Shown: in pieces, positions 16,185 to 24,006 of the stretch
Position numbering within the stretch: the stretch's first letter is position 1
Layout: each line of letters begins with the position of its first letter
Assembly: GCA_035532475.1 (NCBI GenBank)
Contig: DATKQY010000061.1
Coordinates: forward strand, 16,669 to 80,668
Direction of reading: 5' to 3'
Origin: Acidimicrobiales bacterium
GTDB taxonomy: Bacteria > Actinomycetota > Acidimicrobiia > Acidimicrobiales > Bog-793
Length of the DNA: 64,000 nucleotides
Made by a program: the position numbers and the translations under genes
The notes under the pieces: model-generated
What the model saw: only the letters and a program-made list of their open reading frames with translations
Told to the model about the DNA's origin: nothing
Databases searched by the model: none

Positions 16185-17189
16185 ATGAGCACGGTGAGCT
16201 CGCAAACCGTCCTCTCCGAGCCCCCAGTGGCCGTCCGGCGCTCGACGCCGGCGCACCGGCGCACGAAGCCGCCCTTTCGCGAGCGCGCCCGGCACCTGCC
16301 GGGCGTCGTGATGCTCATCGCGCTGTTTTCGCTGGCGGGGCTCGTCGTCGTGCACGACGCCTCGACCAGGTCGGTCCCGCCCTCGGCGACGGCGACGCCG
16401 CCGAAGGCGACGCCGGCGACGCCGCCGAAGCTCCCGGCGTCGAGCTTCATCCCCTCGACCGGAGCGGCGACCCCGCCACGCGGTGGGCCATGGCTGCTCT
16501 CCTTCGACGACGAGTTCAACCGGTCGGCCCTCGATCGCAGTAAGTGGACCGTCTGCTACCCGTGGGACTGCACGAACACGGGCAACAAGAACGAGCTCGA
16601 GTGGTACCAGCCACAGAACGTCACCGAGAGCGGCGGGACGCTGCAGCTCACCGCCAAGGTCCAGTCGGCGCACGGCATGCCCTTCACCTCGGGGTTGATC
16701 CAGACCGACAAGAAGTTCACGTTCCGCTACGGCTACATGGAGATCCGGGTGCGCCTTCCCAAGGGGCAGGGACTGTGGCCCGCCTTCTGGGCGTTGCCGA
16801 CGAACGAGAGCTTCCCGCCAGAGATCGACGGGTTCGAGTACTACGGAGCGAACCCGACGGCCGCCATGCTCGGGGTGCACTACGGCAACAACCTGCACTC
16901 GGCGAACGTGATCGGCGACCCTGCGCTCACCGAGGGCTACCACACCTTCGCCGTCGACTGGGAGCCGGGCTCGCTCACCTGGTACGTGGACGGGGTCGAG
17001 AAGTTCAAGACGGACGTCAACGTGACCCAGACGATGTACCTCATCGCGAACCTCGCCGTCCGGGGACCGCTCGGCGCGGACGCCAAGACGCCGATGCCCG
17101 CCACGATGTCGATCGACTGGATCCGGGTGTGGCAGCACCCGTTGCCGGTCAAGCACGTCGCCCCCGGCAAGGCGCCCTGGCCGAGGTAG
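16185..17189 (+). CDS. Membrane-anchored GH16 family glycoside hydrolase (beta-glucanase-like)
   Basis: ATG 16185 after GGGAGAGG, inside ORF 16005..17189. N-terminal TM VVMLIALFSLAGLVVV, then a Pro/Thr linker. Catalytic ExDxxE as PPEIDGFEY. RYGYMEIRVRLPKGQGLWPAFWAL. Confidence 0.85.
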   Translation: MSTVSSQTVLSEPPVAVRRSTPAHRRTKPPFRERARHLPGVVMLIALFSLAGLVVVHDASTRSVPPSATATPPKATPATPPKLPASSFIPSTGAATPPRGGPWLLSFDDEFNRSALDRSKWTVCYPWDCTNTGNKNELEWYQPQNVTESGGTLQLTAKVQSAHGMPFTSGLIQTDKKFTFRYGYMEIRVRLPKGQGLWPAFWALPTNESFPPEIDGFEYYGANPTAAMLGVHYGNNLHSANVIGDPALTEGYHTFAVDWEPGSLTWYVDGVEKFKTDVNVTQTMYLIANLAVRGPLGADAKTPMPATMSIDWIRVWQHPLPVKHVAPGKAPWPR

Positions 17190-17423
17190 CGCCGGCCGGT
17201 CTCAGCACGACGGCCGTATCCGACCGCCGCGTCGGCCACCTCCGACGCCGCCGCGAGACGCGCGCGGCGGCGTCGAGGCCGGCCGACGGCGCCCCGACGA
17301 CGTCCAGGCCCGACCACGTGGCACCGGTCGAGGCGACGGCGTCCGGCGCGACGGCCCCTCGTGCCCGCCCCCCTCGCCGGGGCGGGGCCGTCCGGGACGA
17401 GCCCGAAGCTGAGGCCCGAAGCG

Positions 17424-19286
17424 TCAGGGCTCGGCCCGACCGCCGAGGTGGCGGGCGAGGAACTCCTCGGCCGCCGAGTAGAAGCACAGGCGGTTCTCCG
17501 GCTTCGCGAAGCCGTGGCCCTCGTCGGAGAACAGCAGGTACTGGTGGTCGACGCCGGCGGCGACCAGCGCCGCCACGATCTGTTCCGACTCGGCCTGCTT
17601 GACACGGGGGTCGTTCGCGCCCTGGGCGATGATCAACGGGACCGTGATGTCGGCGGCCCTCGAGAGGGGGCTGCGGGACCAGAGGAACTCCTCCTCGGTG
17701 TCGGGGTTCCCCACGCGGTTGTGGAACTGGGCCAGCAACGGCGCCCAGTAGGGCGGGATCGAGCGGATCAGGGTGATGAGGTTGGACGGGCCCACGATGT
17801 CGACGGCGGCGGCGAACACCGAGGGCGTGAATGCCGCACCGACGAGCGCCGCGTAGCCCCCGTAGGAGCCGCCGAAGATGGCCACCCGCGCCGGGTCGGC
17901 GTAGCCATGGCCGACCGCCCAGCGCACCGCGTCGACCAGGTCGTCGTGCATGCGGCCGCCCCATTCGCGGTCACCCGCGTTGACGAACGCCTTGCCGTAG
18001 CCGGTGGATCCCCGAAAGTTCACCTGGAGGCACAGGTAGCCGCGATTGGCCAGCCACTGGGCCTCGGCGTTGAAGCCCCACCGGTCCCGGGCCCACGGAC
18101 CCCCGTGCACGAGGAGGACGGCGGGAAGGTCGTGGCGGGCGCCGGCGGCGACGGTGGTCGGCCAGGTCACGTAGCCGTGCAGGGTCAGGCCGTCGCGGGC
18201 GGTCATCGAGAAGGGCTCCATCGAGGCGAGCTCGTACGCCTCGAGCGCAGGCTGGTGGGTGAACAGGCGCCGCGCCTCGCGCCGCGCCCGGTCCCACAGG
18301 TGGTAGACGATCGGCCCGTCGTCGGGGACGTGGGCGCTCAGCCACCGGTGGTCGGCGTCGTCCCGGCTGATCAGGTGCAGGTCACCGTGGGCCAACGCGC
18401 CGAGGGCGTCCACGTCGCCGGCGATCGCGGCGTCGAGCACGACCAGCTCCGTTCGAGCCTTGACGAAGCTGACCGCCTGCACCTCGCGCGTGTCGGGGTG
18501 GAGCTCGACGTCGGCCACGTCCGCCCCCGGGTCCGCGGCAAGCACCTCGAGAAGGTCGCCGGTCGCGACGTCGAGGCGGACCAGTCGCCCCGTGTCCGCG
18601 CCGACGGAGCTGATCGCCAGCAGGCTGGACCCGTCGGCGGAGAAGGCCAACGGTGCGGTGGTGAGGGCGTCCTCCGGCCCGGCGGTGAGCAACGGGCGCC
18701 AGTCGTCGCCGGCGGAGCCGGCGACGCGGACCAGGAGCACCGTGCCGCCGTCGGGCGTGGGTGCGAGCGCGGCGCGCACGTCGAAGTCGGCGTCGGCGAC
18801 CCAGCCGATGAACCCCGGGTTGTCGGCCACCTTCGTCAGCTCGCCGGAGGCCAGCTCCAGCGAGTACACGTCGTGCAGCTGCGGGTTGTCGCGGTTGAGG
18901 CCGAGGAGCACCCGCTCGGGGTGTCGCTTGTCGAGGGCGACGAGTCGGGCCTGCACGCCCTCGAAGGGGGTGAGGTCCCGGGTGCTCGCGCTCGCGACGT
19001 CGACGCCGTAGACGCGCCAGTTCTCGTCGCCGCCCCGGTCCTGGACGTAAAGGAGCGTGGCACCGTCGTGCGCCCAGGAGAACCCGTGGATGCCGCGGTC
19101 CCGGTCCTCGGTGACAACCGTGGCGGCGGCCAGGTCGTCCACGGGAGCGACCCACACGTTGAGCACCCCTTCGGCGGGGGCGAGCCACCCGAGGCGGAGC
19201 CCGTCGGGGGAGAGCGCCGGGCTGACCCGCTCGGGATTGCCGAACAGGACCTCGCGCGGGATGAGGGGGACGTCGTCGGCCGACAT
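17424..19286 (-). CDS. S9 family serine peptidase (prolyl oligopeptidase / acylaminoacyl-peptidase type)
   Basis: Beta-propeller-like N-half. Nucleophile elbow AIFGGSYGGYAAL, QGANDPRV and the catalytic His in LFSDEGHGF. Confidence 0.9.
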   Translation of the reverse strand: MSADDVPLIPREVLFGNPERVSPALSPDGLRLGWLAPAEGVLNVWVAPVDDLAAATVVTEDRDRGIHGFSWAHDGATLLYVQDRGGDENWRVYGVDVASASTRDLTPFEGVQARLVALDKRHPERVLLGLNRDNPQLHDVYSLELASGELTKVADNPGFIGWVADADFDVRAALAPTPDGGTVLLVRVAGSAGDDWRPLLTAGPEDALTTAPLAFSADGSSLLAISSVGADTGRLVRLDVATGDLLEVLAADPGADVADVELHPDTREVQAVSFVKARTELVVLDAAIAGDVDALGALAHGDLHLISRDDADHRWLSAHVPDDGPIVYHLWDRARREARRLFTHQPALEAYELASMEPFSMTARDGLTLHGYVTWPTTVAAGARHDLPAVLLVHGGPWARDRWGFNAEAQWLANRGYLCLQVNFRGSTGYGKAFVNAGDREWGGRMHDDLVDAVRWAVGHGYADPARVAIFGGSYGGYAALVGAAFTPSVFAAAVDIVGPSNLITLIRSIPPYWAPLLAQFHNRVGNPDTEEEFLWSRSPLSRAADITVPLIIAQGANDPRVKQAESEQIVAALVAAGVDHQYLLFSDEGHGFAKPENRLCFYSAAEEFLARHLGGRAEP

Positions 19287-19301
19287 CCCGTGACGGTACC
19301 G

Positions 19302-19322
19302 CCGCCGGGAGCTGCCCGGCGG
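19302..19322 (-). terminator. GC-rich hairpin 13 nt downstream of the GH16 stop (8-bp stem CCGCCGGG/CCCGGCGG, 5-nt loop); no U tract
   Basis: Read directly from the sequence: ccgccggg agctg cccggcgg. Confidence 0.35.
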
Positions 19323-19334
19323 GGCGCCCCCCTC

Positions 19335-20243
19335 TCAGCTCGGCACGGGCACGCAGTCCCGGCGCGGGCAGCTCGACGAGCCGAGGCCGGGGTGCTGGTA
19401 GACCCGGATCCAGTCGATCTCGTAGCTCGCCGGGTACGTGCGCGCCGTCGCCCCCGATGGCGGGCCGCTCACCGCCAGGTTGGCGATGAGGTACATCGGC
19501 AGGGAGGGCGACTGGGCGACACGAAAGCGCAGGACCCCGTCGACGTAGAACGAGACCGAGCCGGGCTCCCAGTCGGCGCCGTAGACGTGGTAGCCGCCGC
19601 CGAAGTCCGGGCCGTAGACGATGTGGTTCAGCTGGGTGTCGCCGGGCGGGAGGTGGACGGTCTCCTGCACGGCGTTCGGCTGATTGGCGTAGAACTCCAT
19701 GGCGTCGATCTCGGGGGGCCAGCTCCCGTTCTCCGGCACCGCCCAGAACGCCGGCCAGACCCCCGGGCTCGTCGGCACCTTCGCCCGGATCTCCATGTAG
19801 CCGTACCGAAAGTCGAAGCGGCCGTTCGACTGGACCATGCCCGAGCTGAACGGCAGGCCCCGCGCCGAGCGCTGCGTTGCCGTCAGGACGAGCCTGCCGC
19901 CCCCGAGCGACACGCCGGAGGTCACGTAGGACTCCTGCTCGTTGTTGGTGGAGATCGTGCAGCCCCAGTCGTAGCAGGTCTTCCAGAGGGACCGGTCGAG
20001 CGAGGGGCCGTTGAACTCGTCGTCGAAGACGAGGTCCCACCGTCCGGGGAGGCCGGCCGGCGGGGCGGCCTTGGCCGCGTGCGGCGGCCTCGGGCGCGCG
20101 GCGGAGGATGCCGGGGCCGGCGAGACCGCCACGGCGAGCGAGGCCGCCACGGCGGCGGCGAGCACGGCGGACGAGGCGAGGGCGGCCCTGCCCGACACCG
20201 ACCGGCGCGACAGCCACGAGCTCCCCGGTGGCGTTCGAGGCAT
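19335..20243 (-). CDS. Secreted GH16 family glycoside hydrolase, paralog of 16185..17189
   Basis: Signal-like N-terminus RAALASSAVLAAAVAASLAVAVSPAPA. PPEIDAMEFY (ExDxxE). RYGYMEIRAKVP...VWPAFWAV and MYLIANLAVSG...EIDWIRVYQHP align with the other GH16. Confidence 0.85.
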   Translation of the reverse strand: MPRTPPGSSWLSRRSVSGRAALASSAVLAAAVAASLAVAVSPAPASSAARPRPPHAAKAAPPAGLPGRWDLVFDDEFNGPSLDRSLWKTCYDWGCTISTNNEQESYVTSGVSLGGGRLVLTATQRSARGLPFSSGMVQSNGRFDFRYGYMEIRAKVPTSPGVWPAFWAVPENGSWPPEIDAMEFYANQPNAVQETVHLPPGDTQLNHIVYGPDFGGGYHVYGADWEPGSVSFYVDGVLRFRVAQSPSLPMYLIANLAVSGPPSGATARTYPASYEIDWIRVYQHPGLGSSSCPRRDCVPVPS

Positions 20244-20383
20244 GCGGTGACCCTAGCCCTGCCTCCGGCGCTTCGGGGAGTCGCGAGGCGCGATCGCGAC
20301 GGATCGGCCGACGAACGATGACGGCCGTGCGACCGAAGGTGACGGACTCGGCGCGATCGGTGCGCGGCCGTGTTACGACCCGC

Positions 20384-21529
20384 CTACGACAGGCTGAGCT
20401 CCGAGCGGTAGACGCGGGCGGGCCCGAGGTCGGCGACTCGGCGGGCGAGCTCCTCGAAGACCTGGGCGACCTCACCGCCGGGGTCCGCCACCACCGCGGG
20501 ACGGCCGTCGTCGGCGCCCTCGCGCACCGCGGGCACGAGGGGGATCCGTGCGAGCAGTGGCACCCCGAGCGAGGCGGCGAGCTCCTCGCCCCCTCCCCGG
20601 CCGAACAGCTCGTAGCGGACGCCGTCGGGGGCGGCGAACCACGACATGTTCTCGATGACGCCGCGCACCGGGAGCCGCACCTGCCTCGCCAGGGCGGCGG
20701 CGCGCTGGGCGACGCGCTGGGCGGCCGCCTGCGGCGTCGTCACCACGTACATCTCGGCGCCGGGGAGCTGGTCGGCGACGGAGAGCGGGACGTCGCCGGT
20801 TCCCGGCGGCATGTCCACGAGGAGGAACTCCGGCGCGCCCCAGTGGACGTCGACCAGGAACTGCTCGAGCGCCTTGTGGAGCATCGGGCCACGCCAGGCG
20901 ACCGCCTTGTCCTCGTCGACGAAGAAGCCCATGGAGACGCAGCGCACGCCGTTCGCCACCGGCGGGACGATCGTGCGCCCGACCGCCATCGGGGGGGACT
21001 CCACGCCGAGCATGCGCGGGACGGAGAAGCCGTAGATGTCGGCGTCGAGCAGCCCGACCGTGTGGCCGTCGCGCGCGAGCGCGACCGCCAGGTTGACCGT
21101 CACCGACGACTTGCCCACGCCGCCCTTGCCCGACCCGATCGCGAGCACCCTCGTGCCGGCGCGCCGGCCGGCGAACGGGTTCGGCCGGCCCTCGGCGTGG
21201 CCATGGCCGCCGCCGGGTGCGGGGGGCGCCTCGGTGGCGCCGTCGAGCTCGCGCAGCCTCGCCCCGAGGGCCTCGCGGGCGGCGTCGGACATGGGCTCGA
21301 GCTCGACGCGGACCTCCAGGTCCCCCTCGGGCGCGACGGCGTCGGAGATCCGCCGGCGCAGCTCCTCGGCGGCGGGGTACGGATCCCCCGGGACGGCGAC
21401 GACCACCTCGACCACGCCGGCGCGGCGCTCGGCCGAGCGCAGCGTGTGGAGCTCACCGAGCGGGTGGAACAGGGCCGGGTCCTCGACCGCGGCGACGGCG
21501 CCGGCGAGCGCCTCCCGCTCCACGCTCAT
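20384..21529 (-). CDS. mrp: Mrp/ApbC/NBP35-type Fe-S cluster carrier ATPase with N-terminal DUF59-like domain
   Basis: Start ATG 21529 (MSVEREALAG...) inside ORF 20384..22252. Deviant Walker A IGSGKGGVGKSSVTVNLA. LLDADIYGFSVPRMLG. FLLVDMPPGTGD. Confidence 0.9.
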   Translation of the reverse strand: MSVEREALAGAVAAVEDPALFHPLGELHTLRSAERRAGVVEVVVAVPGDPYPAAEELRRRISDAVAPEGDLEVRVELEPMSDAAREALGARLRELDGATEAPPAPGGGHGHAEGRPNPFAGRRAGTRVLAIGSGKGGVGKSSVTVNLAVALARDGHTVGLLDADIYGFSVPRMLGVESPPMAVGRTIVPPVANGVRCVSMGFFVDEDKAVAWRGPMLHKALEQFLVDVHWGAPEFLLVDMPPGTGDVPLSVADQLPGAEMYVVTTPQAAAQRVAQRAAALARQVRLPVRGVIENMSWFAAPDGVRYELFGRGGGEELAASLGVPLLARIPLVPAVREGADDGRPAVVADPGGEVAQVFEELARRVADLGPARVYRSELSLS

Positions 21530-21552
21530 CGGCCGCTGCCCGTCATCGCAGG

Positions 21553-21558
21553 TAGGAT
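21553..21558 (+). promoter_or_regulatory. Candidate -10 element (TAGGAT) 7 nt upstream of GTG 21566, implying a leaderless transcript for the regulator gene
   Basis: TANNNT hexamer followed by 7 nt and the start codon, in the 36-nt gap between divergent genes. No Shine-Dalgarno is present. Confidence 0.35.
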
Positions 21559-21565
21559 AACCCGC

Positions 21566-22345
21566 GTGCGATCCGCCTCGATCCGGCCGGGACACGACGC
21601 CGGGGTGACCGGCCGGGGGGGAGACCCGCTGCGCGGCCTCGCCGGCGAGCCCGGCGGGGACGAGGAGTTCTCGGCCGTCGTCGCCGCCGTCACGGCCGCC
21701 TTCGGCGACACGACGCGCCGCCAGATCTACCTCCACGTCCGCGAGGGCGACGGGGTGACGGCCGCGGAGGTGGCGCAGCGCTTCGCGCTCCACCCGAACG
21801 TCGCGCGCCACCACCTCGACAAGCTCGCCGCCGGCGGCTACCTCGAGGTCTCGCTCGACCACGCGGGCAGCGGCGCCGGCAGGCCCTCCAAACGCTACCG
21901 TCGCTCGTCGCGCTCGGCCGCCCTCCCCGTGCCGCCGCGTTCGGATGCGCTCGTGGTGACCCTCCTCCTCCGCGCGCTGTCGCTGCTCGAGCCGGGCGTC
22001 GCCGAGCAGATGGCCGAGCAGGTCGGCGAGGAGTACGGACGCTCCCTGGCGGCCCAGATGGCGCCCGGCGACTCCCAGCGTTCGATGCGCGCCGCGATGC
22101 TCGCCGTGGCCGACGCGCTCACCGCCCACGGGTTCGCCGCCCACGCCGAGACCCGGGCGACGGCGACCGCGATCGTGCGCGACCACTGCCCGTTCGGTGG
22201 CGTCGTGCTGAACTACCCGGTGCTCTGCGCGGTCGACCGCGGCATGGTGCAAGGGCTCCTGGCCGGCCTGTGCGGCGACGCCGTGCCGGTGCAGATGTCG
22301 TCCCGGGCGCTCGGCGACGACAGCTGCGCGAGCGTCGCCGGCTGA
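21566..22345 (+). CDS. ArsR-type winged-helix regulator with C-terminal Cys cluster (COG2345/SufR-like)
   Basis: Only the last ~260 codons of ORF 20108..22345 are convincing. wHTH RRQIYLHVREGDGVTAAEVAQRFALHPNVARHHLDKLAAGGYLEV. C-terminus RDHCPFGGVVLNYPVLCAVDRG...DDSCASV. The start could instead be GTG 21605. Confidence 0.65.
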   Translation: MRSASIRPGHDAGVTGRGGDPLRGLAGEPGGDEEFSAVVAAVTAAFGDTTRRQIYLHVREGDGVTAAEVAQRFALHPNVARHHLDKLAAGGYLEVSLDHAGSGAGRPSKRYRRSSRSAALPVPPRSDALVVTLLLRALSLLEPGVAEQMAEQVGEEYGRSLAAQMAPGDSQRSMRAAMLAVADALTAHGFAAHAETRATATAIVRDHCPFGGVVLNYPVLCAVDRGMVQGLLAGLCGDAVPVQMSSRALGDDSCASVAG

Positions 22346-22359
22346 GCCGCCGACCTGCG

Positions 22360-23499
22360 GTGGGCGGCCGCCACTACCTCGACCACGCGTCGACCTCGCC
22401 GCTCCGGCCAGAAGCCGCCGCGGCCATCACGGACTGGTGCCAGGGGGGTGCCACCGGCGATCCGGGCCGGCCGCACACCGAAGGGCGGACCGCCCGGGAC
22501 CTCGTCGAGGAGGCGCGCAGCCACGTCGCCCGGCTCCTCGGCGCACGGAGCCGGGAGATCGTCTTCACCGGGAGCGGGACCGAGGCGGTGAACTGGGCGA
22601 ACTTCGGGGTGCGCCGGGGTGCGGACCCGGCGGCGCCGGTCGTGGCGGCCGCCGTCGAGCACTCGGCGGTACGGCGCTCGGCCGAGCGCCTCGGCCCGGT
22701 GTCCGAATGGCGGGTCGACCGGCTCGGACGGGTCGACCTCGACCACCTGGAGCTGCTGCTCGACTCCTCGCCGGCGCCCGTGCTCGTCCACTGTCAGCTC
22801 GCGAACCACGAGGTCGGCACCGTGCAGCCGGTCGCCGAGGTCGTCGCGGCCTGCCGGCGCCGGGGCGTGCCGGTCCACGTCGACGCCTGCGCCGCGGCCG
22901 GCCAGCTGCCCCTCGACCTCGGGGCGCTCGGCGCGGAGCTCGTCTCGGTGAGCGCCCACAAGCTCGGCGGGCCGCCCGGCATCGGGGTGCTGGTCGTCCG
23001 GCGGGGCACCCGGATCGCGCCGCTGCTGGTCGGTGGCGAGCAGGAGCGGGCCCGACGAGCCGGGATGGAGAACCTCCCCGCCATCGCGGGCTTCGGGGCG
23101 CTCGCCGCCGCGCTCGCCGAGCCGGGCGTGCTCGAGACGGCCGCCGCCAGGGCGAGGAGCCAGACCGAGGCGCTGCTGGCCGCGGCGCTCGCCGTTCCGG
23201 GCGTTCTCGCCTACGGCGACGTCGAGGAGCGGCTCCCGAACCTCGTCTGCGTCGGCGTCTCGGGGGTCGAGGCGGAAGGCGTCGTCCTCGGGCTCGACCA
23301 GGCGGGCGTCGCCGTCCACTCGGGCTCGGCCTGCGCCTCCGAAGCGCTCGAGCCCTCCCCGGTCCTCCAGGCGATGGGGGTCGACGCCGAGCGCTCGCTC
23401 CGGCTCTCCGTGGGCTGGTCGACGGTCGCGCAGGACGTCGAGGCCTTCGCCGGCCGCTTCGCCGGCGTGGTGTCGTCGCTTCGGGCGCTCGCCGGCTGA
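22360..23499 (+). CDS. Cysteine desulfurase (class V aminotransferase, NifS/IscS-like)
   Basis: HYLDHASTSPL...FTGSGTEAVN...NHEVGTVQP...VSVSAHKLGGPPGIGVLVV (PLP Lys)...HSGSACAS (catalytic Cys loop). GTG 22360 was chosen because it lies just after the regulator stop. ORF 22270 is the alternative start. Confidence 0.85.
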   Translation: MGGRHYLDHASTSPLRPEAAAAITDWCQGGATGDPGRPHTEGRTARDLVEEARSHVARLLGARSREIVFTGSGTEAVNWANFGVRRGADPAAPVVAAAVEHSAVRRSAERLGPVSEWRVDRLGRVDLDHLELLLDSSPAPVLVHCQLANHEVGTVQPVAEVVAACRRRGVPVHVDACAAAGQLPLDLGALGAELVSVSAHKLGGPPGIGVLVVRRGTRIAPLLVGGEQERARRAGMENLPAIAGFGALAAALAEPGVLETAAARARSQTEALLAAALAVPGVLAYGDVEERLPNLVCVGVSGVEAEGVVLGLDQAGVAVHSGSACASEALEPSPVLQAMGVDAERSLRLSVGWSTVAQDVEAFAGRFAGVVSSLRALAG

Positions 23500-23536
23500 G
23501 ACCCGCTGGCCGCCCGCGCCGGGGAGCGCCGATGGC

Positions 23537-23971
23537 TCAGCGGTCGCACCCCGCCGGCACGCTGCCGCCGCCGAGGGCGCCGAGGATCGGGAGGAGGTGC
23601 TCCTCGATGGCCCGGCGCACGAAGGGCGCCACGCGCAACGTGGCGAGCCGGTCGGGCCGGTGGACGCCGACGCCCGCGCCCTCCTGCAGCGAGATGTCCT
23701 CGAGGCCGAGCGCGCCGACGACGTAGAACAGGGAGACGAGGTTGCCGCTGCCGCCCTCGTCGACCTCGTCGACGAGGTCGACGAGCGGCAGGGGCTCGAC
23801 GACCTCGACGCCGGTCTCCTCCCGCATCTCGCGACGCACCGCCTCCTCGGCCGTCTCCTCACCCTCGAGCGCCCCGCCGAAGCCGGACCACCGGCCCGGG
23901 TGGAGGACGCCCGGCTTGTCGTCGCGAAGGTGGAGGAGCAGCCCGCCGTCGCCGGTGACGACAAGGAGCAT
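23537..23971 (-). CDS. NUDIX hydrolase
   Basis: ATG 23971 (MLLVVTGDGG) inside ORF 23537..25132. Nudix box GGALEGEETAEEAVRREMREETGV. Confidence 0.8.
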   Translation of the reverse strand: MLLVVTGDGGLLLHLRDDKPGVLHPGRWSGFGGALEGEETAEEAVRREMREETGVEVVEPLPLVDLVDEVDEGGSGNLVSLFYVVGALGLEDISLQEGAGVGVHRPDRLATLRVAPFVRRAIEEHLLPILGALGGGSVPAGCDR

Positions 23972-24006
23972 CGCCGCCCGGCCCCGGCGCGGCGCGGCCG
24001 GCGAGC

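Noticed and set aside
16392-16430. Short tandem repeat gcgacgccgccgaag / gcgacgccg / gcgacgccgccgaag
   Set aside because: It lies in frame inside the GH16 gene and encodes a Pro/Thr/Ala-rich linker (ATPPKATPATPPK) between the TM anchor and the catalytic domain. It is not a CRISPR array or an intergenic repeat.
17363-17388. GC hairpin (gcccgcccc...ggggcggggc) between convergent GH16 and S9 genes
   Set aside because: The stem is imperfect with a bulge, there is no U tract on either strand, and such G/C runs are frequent in this sequence. It was not called as a terminator.
17361-20475. 986-aa plus-strand and 697-aa minus-strand ORFs spanning the S9 peptidase and GH16 region
   Set aside because: They are antisense to or out of frame with genes carrying catalytic motifs (GGSYGG, EIDAME). 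Their composition is dominated by Arg/Gly/Pro/Asp, and they have no start context.
20108-22345. 745-aa plus ORF and the 622-aa minus ORF 20384..22252 taken at face value
   Set aside because: Each is real only in part. The plus ORF is coding only from about 21566 (regulator). The minus ORF is coding only up to ATG 21529 (mrp). The remainders are antisense shadows of each other.
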